A stretch of 64,000 nucleotides of DNA, taken from contig CAWIIB010000009.1 of assembly GCA_963836075.1 (NCBI GenBank), positions 2,656,001 through 2,720,000 of the forward strand. The letters run 5' to 3'. The stretch's first letter is position 1. Every line of letters starts with the position of its first letter. The notes below the pieces were generated by a model. That model was given only the letters and a program-made list of their open reading frames with translations. It searched no databases and had not been told where the DNA came from. Position numbers and translations under genes: made by a program. This document shows, piece after piece, positions 50,897-60,653 of this stretch. This DNA is from an uncultured Acidobacteriota bacterium (lineage in GTDB: Bacteria > Acidobacteriota > JAQAZP01).

Positions 50897-53185
50897 TTAG
50901 AAGGACCCGGCGGCCACGGCCGTACCGTGACGCCAAGTCTCGGGGAACGCCTGGAGGGTGAAAATCAGGCTGATATCGCCGTCAGCGTAGGTGTACGCCG
51001 CCACCCGGCAGTCGATACAGGGATCGGACCCGCCGCCCGCCAACAGATCGTCCCGCCCGTCGCCGTCCAGGTCGGAGCCGGCATGGATCCGGGCCCCGAA
51101 CCGCGCCTCCTCCAGCGGCCAGGCAAAGAAGGTCAGCCCCGGCAGTGGTGTCACGGCCCCGCCATCCACGTTCCAGCCGCGGATGTGGGCGCCGAAAATA
51201 GGCCCCGGCCCTGGTGCAGTGGCGATCTCGTCGATTCCATCCCCGTCGAGGTCGCCGCAGGCGACATTGACCCCGTATCTCAGGGTGCCGTAGGCAAAGA
51301 AACTGACTGCGGGAAGCGCAGTTGCCGTTCCGCCGTCCACGTTCCAGCCGCGGACGTGGGGGCCAAACACATCCCCCGGCCCGGCGCCGGTGACGATCTC
51401 GTCCACGCCATCGCCGTCAATATCGCCGCAGGCCACGTTGACCCCCCATCTGAGCGTACCGTAGGCGAAGTAGTTGACCCCGGCAAGCGGGCTCACCGTG
51501 CCGTCACCGCAGCTGAAACCCCGGACGTGGGGGCCGAATACGGGCCCCGGCCCGGAGCCGGTGACGATCTCGTCGGTCCCGTCCCCGTTCAGGTCGCCGG
51601 CGGCGACATTGACCCCCCAGCGGGGTGTGCCGTAGGCCTGGAAGCTCAGACCGGGCAGTGGGATCCCCTGGTGAGTGAAGACCCGCACGTACGGGCCGTA
51701 GATCGCCCCTGGCCCGGCCCCGGTGATGATCTTGTCCGTCCCGTTTCCATCAATGTCGCCACAGGCGAGGTTGACGCCATAGCGGTCGCCGCCATAGGCC
51801 GCGAACTCGACCGCGTGGACGGCATCCTGCTCCGCCGGGAAGCCCCGGACCAGCGGCGGATGAATGCCATCTCTCGCCGGTCCGGGCCCGGCCACCAGTT
51901 CCACCACCCGGTGGTGCCAGCCGAGGTCGGCCACGTCCCGGTCGGCCAGGCCGTCGGTCCTGGTGGTGCCGCGAGGTGAAACTCCCGCCGGATCGCCGGC
52001 ATCGAGGCAGGGGCTGTTCGTTGTCTGTCCGGCCGCTGTCTGGGAGAGGCAGTACCCGCCAGGGGGGCCTTCGGCGAAGAGCGGGTCGGCATCGATGTTC
52101 CCGGTTCCCGGCCAGCCGTCCTGCACGTCGGACCAACTGACCGAAGGGCTGACACCGGCGGCCACTTGGATTCCGTGCATCCCATGGCTGGCATGGTTGG
52201 CCCAGATGATGCTGCGGGTAACCGACAGGCTGTCACCGTCTTCGGCAAAGATCCCGGCTCCATCCCAGGCCTCGTTGACGGCCAAAGTGCAGCCATCAAC
52301 CACGGTTGCGGTTTCATCCCCGTGGTAGAGACCCGCGCCCTCCACCGCCGAGTTGCCGAAGATCAGGTTGTTCTCCAGGGTCAGCAGGCCCGACCCGCGA
52401 TGGCAGACTCCGCCACCCCAGCCATCGGAGTAGTTTTCGCTGATCACGCAACCGGTGACCGTCGGCGAAGCCTCGGAGAGGACATAGATCCCCCCGGCGT
52501 CGCCATACATCGAGCCGTTGCCATGGATCAGGCTGTCCCTGATCAGCGGGGCAGCGTCCGTCACATGGATCCCGCCACCGCCGCCGTAGGCGGTGATGTT
52601 CCACTGGATCGTGCAGTCGCTGAATTCCGGGGAGCCCACCCTCCCGCAGTAGACGCCGGCGCCGTAAACGGCGCTGCAGCCGTGGATCTTCAAGTTGCGC
52701 AGCCGTGCTGTCGTTGGTCCGGCCACATAGATGCCGCCCCCGGTTTCGGCGTGGCAGTTGTCGATGTCGCAGTTGCGGATGGTGGGGGAGGCGTCGCGGA
52801 TGTAGAAGCCGCCGCCCATCAGATGGTGATACCCGTTGCGGATGGTGAAGCCGTCCACCACCGTAACCGGCCCCTCACCGGTTTGGAAGCGGAACCCGTG
52901 GGCCTGCAACTCGGCATCGATGATACAGGCTTCCCGCCCGCCCTCGGAGACCAGGCGCACCTCCTTGCCGTGGAAATCGAGACGCCGGTTACCAGGGCCG
53001 CTGTAGGTGCCGTCGGCCACCAGCACCGTGTCGCCGTCCACGGCGGCGTCGAGGCCCTCCTGGATGGTGGTGTATTCGCCCGGGACACGGAGGATGGCGG
53101 CCGCTGACGGGAGATGGAAGGCTGCAAGACAGAACAGTATTCCGACCGCGAAGCCGGTGGACTGAAAATTGCTCGGCCGGATCAT
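50897..53185 (-). CDS. Secreted right-handed beta-helix protein with C-terminal FG-GAP-like repeat module
   Basis: Signal peptide; VPGEYTTIQEG..AA.DGDTVLVADGTY; GGG-containing beta-helix repeats; GNIDADPLF; then GPGPG..FGPHVRG repeats. Confidence 0.85.
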   Translation of the reverse strand: MIRPSNFQSTGFAVGILFCLAAFHLPSAAAILRVPGEYTTIQEGLDAAVDGDTVLVADGTYSGPGNRRLDFHGKEVRLVSEGGREACIIDAELQAHGFRFQTGEGPVTVVDGFTIRNGYHHLMGGGFYIRDASPTIRNCDIDNCHAETGGGIYVAGPTTARLRNLKIHGCSAVYGAGVYCGRVGSPEFSDCTIQWNITAYGGGGGIHVTDAAPLIRDSLIHGNGSMYGDAGGIYVLSEASPTVTGCVISENYSDGWGGGVCHRGSGLLTLENNLIFGNSAVEGAGLYHGDETATVVDGCTLAVNEAWDGAGIFAEDGDSLSVTRSIIWANHASHGMHGIQVAAGVSPSVSWSDVQDGWPGTGNIDADPLFAEGPPGGYCLSQTAAGQTTNSPCLDAGDPAGVSPRGTTRTDGLADRDVADLGWHHRVVELVAGPGPARDGIHPPLVRGFPAEQDAVHAVEFAAYGGDRYGVNLACGDIDGNGTDKIITGAGPGAIYGPYVRVFTHQGIPLPGLSFQAYGTPRWGVNVAAGDLNGDGTDEIVTGSGPGPVFGPHVRGFSCGDGTVSPLAGVNYFAYGTLRWGVNVACGDIDGDGVDEIVTGAGPGDVFGPHVRGWNVDGGTATALPAVSFFAYGTLRYGVNVACGDLDGDGIDEIATAPGPGPIFGAHIRGWNVDGGAVTPLPGLTFFAWPLEEARFGARIHAGSDLDGDGRDDLLAGGGSDPCIDCRVAAYTYADGDISLIFTLQAFPETWRHGTAVAAGSF

Positions 53186-53532
53186 CTTGAACCTGTTCTC
53201 CCGGCGATCATGCTGGTCACCCAGCCGCCGAGGAGGCTGGAGGACAGGATGATCAGCGCCGACCAGCCCAGGCCGGAGCCGACTCCCTGCTTCAACTGTT
53301 CGAGTCCGATGTTTCCGAGGAAGAGCAGGATGAGCAGGTAGGCCGGCGCGATCAGGGCCAGGGACCAGGCCCCGAATTTGTGCGGCCTTATTGCGGCGGC
53401 GATGCTGGAGGCCACCAGAAACACCACCGCGTCAATATAGAGGAAGATCGGCAACATTCCATAGATGACCTTGCCGATCGCCAGGGTCATACCCACGCCG
53501 AGACAACAGAAGAAAAATCTTGTATCGCTCAT
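53182..53532 (-). CDS. Small membrane protein (about 4 TM)
   Basis: Four hydrophobic segments; stop overlaps the downstream start; GAGGG RBS. Confidence 0.65.
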   Translation of the reverse strand: MSDTRFFFCCLGVGMTLAIGKVIYGMLPIFLYIDAVVFLVASSIAAAIRPHKFGAWSLALIAPAYLLILLFLGNIGLEQLKQGVGSGLGWSALIILSSSLLGGWVTSMIAGRTGSR

Positions 53533-54057
53533 CGGGATTCCCTCAGCATGGTTAAGATATTAAACATATATATACGAAACGTTTCCGACGGCAATTGGTT
53601 CGGTGATTAGTGAAAATTTCGTGTCAAGAGAATCGGTGATACGAACTCCGAACCCTCGCCGCGTGATCTCGAGATCAACCGGTATTCCAGGAATTCCACT
53701 TCCGCCAGTTGCTGAAATTCAACTGTTGAAGAGCGTTTCGGCCATGTTGAATTCCCCTCGGTGAATGCTATTATCCCCCTCGGAAATTGTCAACGTAGGG
53801 ATCGGTAAAATCGAATCGCTTGAAATGGAAATTCGCTCACCATAAATAGGTAATAACATACCGCCTGGGCGGAAGAGGTGATGCGGCGTTGAGTATGCGG
53901 GGGATGGTATCTGAATTCAAATTTCGGGGAGGACCGGCATCGTCGGTCACACGTGTAGTCCGGACGGTTCCACCATGCCGCTGATCAGCATCTGTCCGCG
54001 AAGATACAAACAGGACCAGACCTGAGTCGGTTATCCCGCCAGCGGAACCCGGGCAGG

Positions 54058-55771
54058 CTACTCCCCGTTGTTCTTCAGCAGGCGGTAGTTGCGGCGCCGG
54101 GCGATGGGTTTGGGGTAGGGGTAGTCGGTCTTGCGCAGCAGCAGCTCCTCCACGCTGTCCGGGTCGCCGGCGCCCTGCTCGGCGGCCTGGGCGGTGATGG
54201 AATCCAGGTTGGACAACAGCACCCGCACCAGTTCCGGGTCGAGAACGCTCCCCGACAGCTGCTCCAGTTCGGTGGCTGCCGATTCCAGCAGCTCGGCGGA
54301 CGGCCGGAGGTGCGAACCGGTGAGCAGGTCAAAGGTGCGGCAGAGGGCCAGAATCCTCGAGCCCAGAGGGATCTCCCGCCCGCGGAGCCGGTGCGGGGCT
54401 CCGGAGCCGTCGTAGTGCTCTCCCTGGTGGCGAATAATCCGCAGGGCTTCTTCGGGCAGACCCAGCGGCCGGAGAATCTCCACCCCCCGTTCCACCGGGT
54501 CAATGCCCGGGATGTCTGCGTTGCCGGCAGCGGAATCGCCAAAGGCCCCCACCTCGTGCAGCAGGGCGGAGGTACTTGAGCACCCGGATGCTCTGCGGCT
54601 TGGAGAGCAGGCGCCGGCCCAGCTCCACGGCATAGAGCGCGGTGTGGCGGCAGCGGGTGCGGGTGGCCGGGTCGTGCAGGCCCAGGGCCCGCAGCAGCGC
54701 TGACACCGCGCCGGCCAGGTGGTGCTGTTTGACCTGGGGTACCAATTGCGACGCGCTGGCCTTTCTCCGGGCCGGCTTGTCGTGGCTCTGCGGCTTCCAG
54801 CGCATGCTGCTGGTGATGAACTCCAGGTTGTTTTTCTGGCTGCAGAGGAAGTAGCGGTTGCGCCCCATCTTCTGCACCGAGGCCAAGGCGCTCTCGGCCA
54901 GGGCCAGCAGCTGTTCCGGGCGCTCCAGGTGGTTGTGCGGGTAGCAGGAGATGCCCAGGGTGATGGTCAGCGGCGGGGTGAAGCGCTCCCGGCCGGAAAA
55001 GTGGGCCTGGATGCTCTCGCGGACCCGCTCGGCAAAGGCGATGGCCCCGGGGACCTCGGTGTTGGGCAGCAGGATGCCGAATCGTCCCTCGGCCACGTGG
55101 GCCAGGATGTTGTTGCCCCGGGAGGTCCGGGCCAGCACCCGGGCGACGCTCTCGATGGCCGCGTCGCGCTCGAAGAGGCCCGTTTTCCGTTCGATGGCCT
55201 GCAGCCCGTCCACCTCGGCCACGATGCAGGAGAGCGGCTCCTTGAACCGCTCCACCCGTTTGAACTCCTCCTGGAGCCGGCGCACCAGGTAGTTGCGGTT
55301 GTAGAAACCGGTCTGGTCGTCGAGGAAGCGTTTGTCTTCGGGGAGCGGTTCGGTGGCCTGCTCCATCCTCCGCTTGAGACCGCAGAGATACTGGAGGCGC
55401 AGGGTCACTTCCTGCCGGTCGAAGGGCTTTTGCTGCACGCCGTCGGCGCCGGAGCGCACCGCTTCCAGGCGGGGTTTTACCCCCCGGCCGCCGTGGAGGT
55501 AGAGCAGCGGCACGTAGGGCAGGTTGGTGCCGTCAAAGGCGGTGCGGATTTTTGAGCTGAGGCTCAACGCCTGCCGGGTGGTCAGCCGCTCGCTGAGCAC
55601 GACGCAGTCCGGGCCCAGACGGCGGATCTCGTCCAGCAGGGCATCGTCGGTTCGGGGCGTGCAGAAGCGAAACCCCTCATCCTCCAGGGATTGCGCCAGC
55701 TGATCCACGAACCCGCTCCGCTCACCGATCACCAGGATGGTATGCTCCCGGTTCTGGTTGTGATCGCTCAT
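54058..55771 (-). CDS. REC-GGDEF-HD-GYP-like protein, degenerate, frameshift near 54570
   Basis: REC-like N-terminus (GADG...KPF); DDQTGFYNRNY...GGDEF-fold segment; HD-GYP-like 'EHYDGSGAPHRLRGREIPLGSRIL'. Confidence 0.8.
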
Positions 55772-55920
55772 CCGCCCGCCTGTCTGGAAGTCTGGTAAAA
55801 AAAGCCCTCGGGTGTATTCAGAAACCTTTTCGGCTCTTCCGGTGAAAATATTGACTACACGATGGACACCTGCAACAATGATACCTGTTTACCGAACCCC
55901 AGTGAAGGAAAAGAACCACC

Positions 55921-56283
55921 GTGATCTATCTCCTCATTCTGCTTGTACTCATCTCGGCGGCAACCCTGGCGCTGGTCTGGTTCCTGCTCAAGCGATTCAC
56001 CGGGCACCTGCAGCTCCAGGAGCACCGCCTGCTGCGGATGGAACGGCTGGTCAGCGACCTCTACCAGGAAAAAACGGTCAGCCTGGTGCGCCAGATGCAG
56101 GGCCGGATGAGGATCGAGCACGAAGCTCACCGGCAGGCGCTGAACCATTCGGGCGAGGCCTGGGACGAGGTGGAGGCCCTGTTCCGGGACGAGGACAACA
56201 ACTTCTCCACCGCCCTGAGGATCCTCCTCGAGGCGCGCCGGATGTACGAGGAGCGGATGAAGCTCCTCGACCGTTTGAGCTGA
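55921..56283 (+). CDS. Hypothetical membrane-anchored helical protein
   Basis: N-terminal TM followed by a charged helical region. Confidence 0.6.
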   Translation: MIYLLILLVLISAATLALVWFLLKRFTGHLQLQEHRLLRMERLVSDLYQEKTVSLVRQMQGRMRIEHEAHRQALNHSGEAWDEVEALFRDEDNNFSTALRILLEARRMYEERMKLLDRLS

Positions 56284-56483
56284 ATCGGCCGGCTCCGGAT
56301 GCCCCGCACCCCGGGGGGCGAATATTTTCATGAAATATTTGATTTCCGGTTTTGCTGATGATAGACTCCCCCTCTTTGAATGTTCGGCTGTTTTTCGGCA
56401 AGTATGCCTTATGAATATATTTGCCTTGAGGTAATTTTTTTCACACGAGGGGCTCTCGAAACCTGGAAGGGGCTGATTTCTGA

Positions 56484-56684
56484 ATGGAGAACCCGCTGGA
56501 AGTAAAGGTTCAGGATGACCTGGAAAAGGCCATCCGGGTGCTGAAACGGAAGATTGCGCGCAACGGTATTCTCAAGGAGCTGAAGAAACGACGGTTCTAC
56601 GAGAAGCCCAGCGAGCGGCGCAAACGCAAACGGATGGAAGCTGCCAAACGCCGCAAGAAAGCGATGCGGACGGGCCGCTATTGA
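56484..56684 (+). CDS. rpsU: 30S ribosomal protein S21
   Basis: LEKAIRVLKRK...GILKELKKRRFYEKPSERRKRK. Confidence 0.95.
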   Translation: MENPLEVKVQDDLEKAIRVLKRKIARNGILKELKKRRFYEKPSERRKRKRMEAAKRRKKAMRTGRY

Positions 56685-56693
56685 TCCTGGCGG

Positions 56694-56742
56694 AAAAGAA
56701 CCGGTAACGACGCCCTGGGCTCTCGTCACCGGTTCTTTTTTT
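56694..56742 (+). terminator. Rho-independent terminator after rpsU
   Basis: AAAAGAACCGGT..ACGA...TCGT.ACCGGTTCTTTTTTT. Confidence 0.75.
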
Positions 56743-56783
56743 GTCCGGACGTACCGCAGGCGCCGGTATTGATGGGTGGGAAG

Positions 56784-58190
56784 ATGTCGAAGATGGCCGG
56801 GGATGCCGCCGACGATCCCTATCGCGGGTATCGCGGGGCGGCCAGGGATAAGCTGGAAGCATGCGGTGTGCGGGTCTGGAGCGAAGTGACCGCCGACACC
56901 ACCAGGGGCGGGTTCCGGGGAATCGTCCTGCCGCGATCCGAAACCGCCGACGACCGTCACGTGGTGCTCAAGCTGAAGACCGGGTACAACGTGGGCCTGG
57001 AAGTGGACTCCATCCTGGCGATGGAGGAAAAGGGCTACCGCAAGATCACCTATAAAATCCCGGCCAAGGATGTGCCCCACAACCCGGACCTGCCCAACGT
57101 GACCCTCTTCGGCACCGGCGGCACCATCGCCAGCCGTCTGGACTACCGCACCGGCGCGGTGATCCCGGCCTTTTCACCGGGCGAGCTCTATGGCGCCGTC
57201 CCAGAGCTGGCCGAGATCTGCAACCTGAAGACCATCAAACTCTACGGCGAGTTCAGCGAGAACATCGGCCCCGAGCACTGGAAGGGCACCGCCGAGGCCG
57301 TGGCCCGCGAGATCGAGGCCGGCGCCGGGGGGATCGTCATCGGCCACGGCACCGACACCATGCATTTCACGGCGGCGGCGCTCTCCTTCATGCTCCAGGA
57401 CCCTCCGGTGCCGGTGGTGATGGTCGGCTCCCAGCGCTCCAGCGACCGTCCCTCCTCCGATGCCGCCCTCAACCTGATCAACGCCTCCCACGCCGCGGCC
57501 TATGGCGACATCGCCGAGGTGATGGTCTGCATGTTCGGGCCCACCAGCGACCAGTACGACCTGCTGCACCGCGGCACCCGGGTCAGGAAGATGCACTCCA
57601 GCTACCGCAGCACCTTCCGCACCATCGGTGACATCCCCCTGGCCATGATCTCCCCCGGCAACTACCGCATACTGCACAAGGAGGTCAAGAAACGGCGCAC
57701 GGACCGCTCCGTGAAGCTGAACACCAGCTTCGAGGAGAAGGTGGCGCTGGTCTCCTACTACCCCAACATGCAGCCCGACGTGCTGAACAGCCTGATCGAC
57801 AACGGCTATCGCGGCATCGTCATCGCCGGCACCGGGCTGGGCCACGTGAACAAGGTGGTCTACCCCGTGCTGCAGCGGGCCAGGGACGAGGGCGTGGCGG
57901 TCTACATGACGGTACAGACCCTCTGGGGCTACGTGCAGATGTATGTCTACGACACCGGGCGGGATATGATGGAGCTGGGAGTGATCCCGGCGGCCAACAT
58001 GCTGCCCGAGGTGGCCTATGTCAAGCTGGGCTGGGTGCTGGGCCAGACCGACGACCTGGACGAGGTGCGGCGGCTGATGCTCACCCCGGTGTCCCACGAG
58101 ATCACCGACCGCGAGCCGCCCAACGGCTACCTGATCTTGCAGGGCGGCATCCCCGAAGTGGAAGAGTACATTCTCAGTCACAGGAAATAG
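56784..58190 (+). CDS. gatD: Glu-tRNA(Gln) amidotransferase subunit D
   Basis: GatD-type N-terminal domain (GIVLPRSETADDRHVVLKLKTGYNVG), then GTGGTIASRLDYRTGAV, HGTDTM, VGSQRSSDRPSSD, HRGTRVRKMHSS.R, MLPEVAYVKLGWVL. Start could be 56769-56793. Confidence 0.92.
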   Translation: MSKMAGDAADDPYRGYRGAARDKLEACGVRVWSEVTADTTRGGFRGIVLPRSETADDRHVVLKLKTGYNVGLEVDSILAMEEKGYRKITYKIPAKDVPHNPDLPNVTLFGTGGTIASRLDYRTGAVIPAFSPGELYGAVPELAEICNLKTIKLYGEFSENIGPEHWKGTAEAVAREIEAGAGGIVIGHGTDTMHFTAAALSFMLQDPPVPVVMVGSQRSSDRPSSDAALNLINASHAAAYGDIAEVMVCMFGPTSDQYDLLHRGTRVRKMHSSYRSTFRTIGDIPLAMISPGNYRILHKEVKKRRTDRSVKLNTSFEEKVALVSYYPNMQPDVLNSLIDNGYRGIVIAGTGLGHVNKVVYPVLQRARDEGVAVYMTVQTLWGYVQMYVYDTGRDMMELGVIPAANMLPEVAYVKLGWVLGQTDDLDEVRRLMLTPVSHEITDREPPNGYLILQGGIPEVEEYILSHRK

Positions 58191-58203
58191 ACGGCGGCTT
58201 TGA

Positions 58204-60171
58204 TCAGCAGCCCAGCCTGGCGGCCAGCAGTTCCGCGGCCTGGCGGCCGGGGACCCGTCCGCCCACCCGGGACATCAGCAGGCCCATGGTGTGGCGCTGC
58301 CGCTGTGCCGGTCCGGCAAAGGGGATCTCCGCGGTGAGCGCCAGGGCGGCGTCCGCCTCGGTTTCCAGATCGGGCAGCGGTTGCCGGGGGTCGAGACCCA
58401 GGCCCTGGAGGGCCTGGTCCAGCGCCCCGTCACCATCCCCGCCGCTGGCGGTTTCGGCGAGCAGCGGCAGCAGCGGCCGCAGGGCTTCGGGGTAGAGCTT
58501 TTTCTCGGCCAGCAGGCGGAAGAGCTGGAAGAGATCGTCGTCGGTGATGCTCTGCACCCGGTTGGTGAGGCGGGCGGCATGCTTCAGTTCTTCCAGCAGA
58601 GTGGAGGCCACCAGCCGCGGATCCAGATCCAGCCGGGACAAGACCTGTTCGGCCAGCGCCCCCCGTGGTGAGACGGCCAGGGCGCGGGCCGCCGGGGCGG
58701 CCAGCCCCCGGACGGCAAAGGCTTCTTCGCGGTCCCACGGTTTCGAGTTCAGCACGGCGGTGATGCGGGCGATCCGGTCATCGCCGATGGCTTTTGGCGG
58801 CATGTCGGTGTCGGGATACATCCGGTCCGGCCCGGGAAGGATCCGTTCGAAGTCGGTCCGCCCGTCGGGCCGTGGCTGCCGGGTCTCGCTGGGCACGCCC
58901 TCGGCCGCTTCGGCGGCGCGGATCACCACTTCCTCGGCCGCGGTGGCGGTGTCTCTTTCCGGTCCCCAGACCAGGACCACGGCGTCGTCAGCGCCGGCGG
59001 AACACTCCTGCCGCACCTCGTCCCAGATCCGGCGGTCCGGCGCCCCGGCCGCCTCTCCGTCGGCCTGCTCGGCGTGGTAGAGGTTGGGCATCCGGTCGAG
59101 ACAGGCGATGACCCGCACCCGGCCGCCCAGCTCGTCGGCAAAGCAGGTTTCCGGCTGGGTGGGCCAGGGGAGGATCCCTTTGAACCCCTGCAGCCTGACA
59201 GCCCGGACGTTCAGCCCGGCATCGCCGTCCTCCGCCAGGTGCGTGCTGATCCTGCTGTCGCCGCCCCGGTGGCGGAAGAGGTCGGTGACCTCCACCGTGC
59301 TGTGGCCGTCTCCCTGCACCGATTCGGGGGTGATGCCGCGGGTCCGCAGTTCATCCCTGATGTCCAGCAGCGCCTTGTGCCGGTGGGCCTCCACCAGCAC
59401 CAGCTGCTCGATCAGCGGGATTCGCGACACCCCCTTGACCTCCACCCGGGTGGAGCCATCGATGCTCACGTTCACGTCCTGGCGGGCCGCTCCGGCGCCG
59501 CGCCGCACCTTGCCGGTGACCCGGGCCAGCCGGGCCAGCTCCCAGCCCACCGCCGCCGCTTCCTCGGGGGTGTACATTTCCGGTTCGGTCACCGTCTCGC
59601 AGAGCGGTATGCTCAACCGGTCGGTACGGTAGGTCATGATGTGGCCGATGTCGCTCACCTCGCGGCAGGCGTCCTCCTCCACGGCCAGCTGGCGGATGCC
59701 GATAGTCCGGCCGCGGAAGGGAATCCCGCCGTCCACGCCGATGATGGCCGTGCGCTGGAAGCCGGCGGGGATACTGCCGTCCAGATACTGCTTGCGGATG
59801 ATGTGGATTTCCCCCACCAGGCTGCAGCCGAGCATCAGGGCCAGCTCCAGCGCGATGTCCAGGGCCTGCTCGTTGAGCTCGAAGGGCGGGGCGTCGTCCA
59901 TCTCGTAGGTGCAGACCGACTCGCTGTTCAGGCGGTAGATCACATCCTTGCGGGTTTTGAACTCCATCAGCGCCGTGCCGTCGTATTCCCCCATCTCGGA
60001 GAGGGTGGGGCGCATGTGACGGAGCACCTCGGCGTCGAAGCGCTTGCTGTAGAGGCGCGCCGGGCAGCGGCAGAAGAGTTTTTTTTGGGTCAGCAGCTGC
60101 TGGTGGATTTCCAGGCCGCAGCGGAAGCCCAGCCCCCGGAAAGCGCTGTCGGACAGAAGCTGAAAGCTCAA
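58204..60171 (-). CDS. gatE: Glu-tRNA(Gln) amidotransferase subunit E
   Basis: CGLEIHQQL..KKLFCRCP, RPTLSEMGEYD..AL.E, RKQYLDGSIPAGFQRT, EEDACRE, RRGAGAARQDVNVSI...RVEVKGV, insertion domain, GVPSETR, LPGPDRMYPDTDMPP; TTG start after GGAGGGAG. Confidence 0.92.
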   Translation of the reverse strand: MSFQLLSDSAFRGLGFRCGLEIHQQLLTQKKLFCRCPARLYSKRFDAEVLRHMRPTLSEMGEYDGTALMEFKTRKDVIYRLNSESVCTYEMDDAPPFELNEQALDIALELALMLGCSLVGEIHIIRKQYLDGSIPAGFQRTAIIGVDGGIPFRGRTIGIRQLAVEEDACREVSDIGHIMTYRTDRLSIPLCETVTEPEMYTPEEAAAVGWELARLARVTGKVRRGAGAARQDVNVSIDGSTRVEVKGVSRIPLIEQLVLVEAHRHKALLDIRDELRTRGITPESVQGDGHSTVEVTDLFRHRGGDSRISTHLAEDGDAGLNVRAVRLQGFKGILPWPTQPETCFADELGGRVRVIACLDRMPNLYHAEQADGEAAGAPDRRIWDEVRQECSAGADDAVVLVWGPERDTATAAEEVVIRAAEAAEGVPSETRQPRPDGRTDFERILPGPDRMYPDTDMPPKAIGDDRIARITAVLNSKPWDREEAFAVRGLAAPAARALAVSPRGALAEQVLSRLDLDPRLVASTLLEELKHAARLTNRVQSITDDDLFQLFRLLAEKKLYPEALRPLLPLLAETASGGDGDGALDQALQGLGLDPRQPLPDLETEADAALALTAEIPFAGPAQRQRHTMGLLMSRVGGRVPGRQAAELLAARLGC

Positions 60172-60254
60172 CGGATCTCCCTCCCGGCCACCATTTTCCC
60201 CGGCGGCACGCTGTCCCGAGCCGGTCAATGCCCGGCAGGGGTGCAAGCCGCGCT

Positions 60255-60283
60255 ATCTTAAATGGGGCCCGGCGGAGTGTCAA
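60255..60283 (-). promoter_or_regulatory. Sigma-70 promoter upstream of gatE
   Basis: TTGACA-17 nt-TAAGAT on the minus strand. Confidence 0.6.
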
Positions 60284-60653
60284 GATTTCCCGTTGCCGCG
60301 ATGCGAAGAAGAGACTTGACATCCGGACGCCGCGGACCAATATTAGATCCTGTCAGCGCACCCTGCTCGAAAAGCGACTGTTCGACTCCCGGCCCCGCCA
60401 TCCGGATGAGCCTTGTCTGCTGTCCCTGCTGCTCCAACGGGCCGCCAACCCGTGCCAACTGAATTTTCCAGGTTGACATAATTATCGTTAATGAAGGTCA
60501 CCTGCTGTTCCGATAGGAGGAGCAAGGGTGTAGTGACCGCTCCACGGTAGCAGTGGAGACGTGTTTCCCGGTGCAGTGTCCGACGAATTCGCTCTCACAA
60601 CCGAATTCAATACTTATCTGTTTTGCGTTTCCGTAAAGCGGAAGGTGTCACCA

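Noticed and set aside
53559-53745. Possible third TGA read-through ORF (MAETLFNS*ISATGG...) on the minus strand
   Set aside because: No redox motif around the TGA, no GGUC hairpin at +17, and no recognisable protein.
60370-60400. tRNA gene suggested by GTTCGACTC...CCA
   Set aside because: The T-stem and acceptor stem do not pair; no cloverleaf.
60441-60460. Sigma-54 promoter on the minus strand (TGGCACG...)
   Set aside because: The -12 GC is displaced by one base and TTGC is absent.
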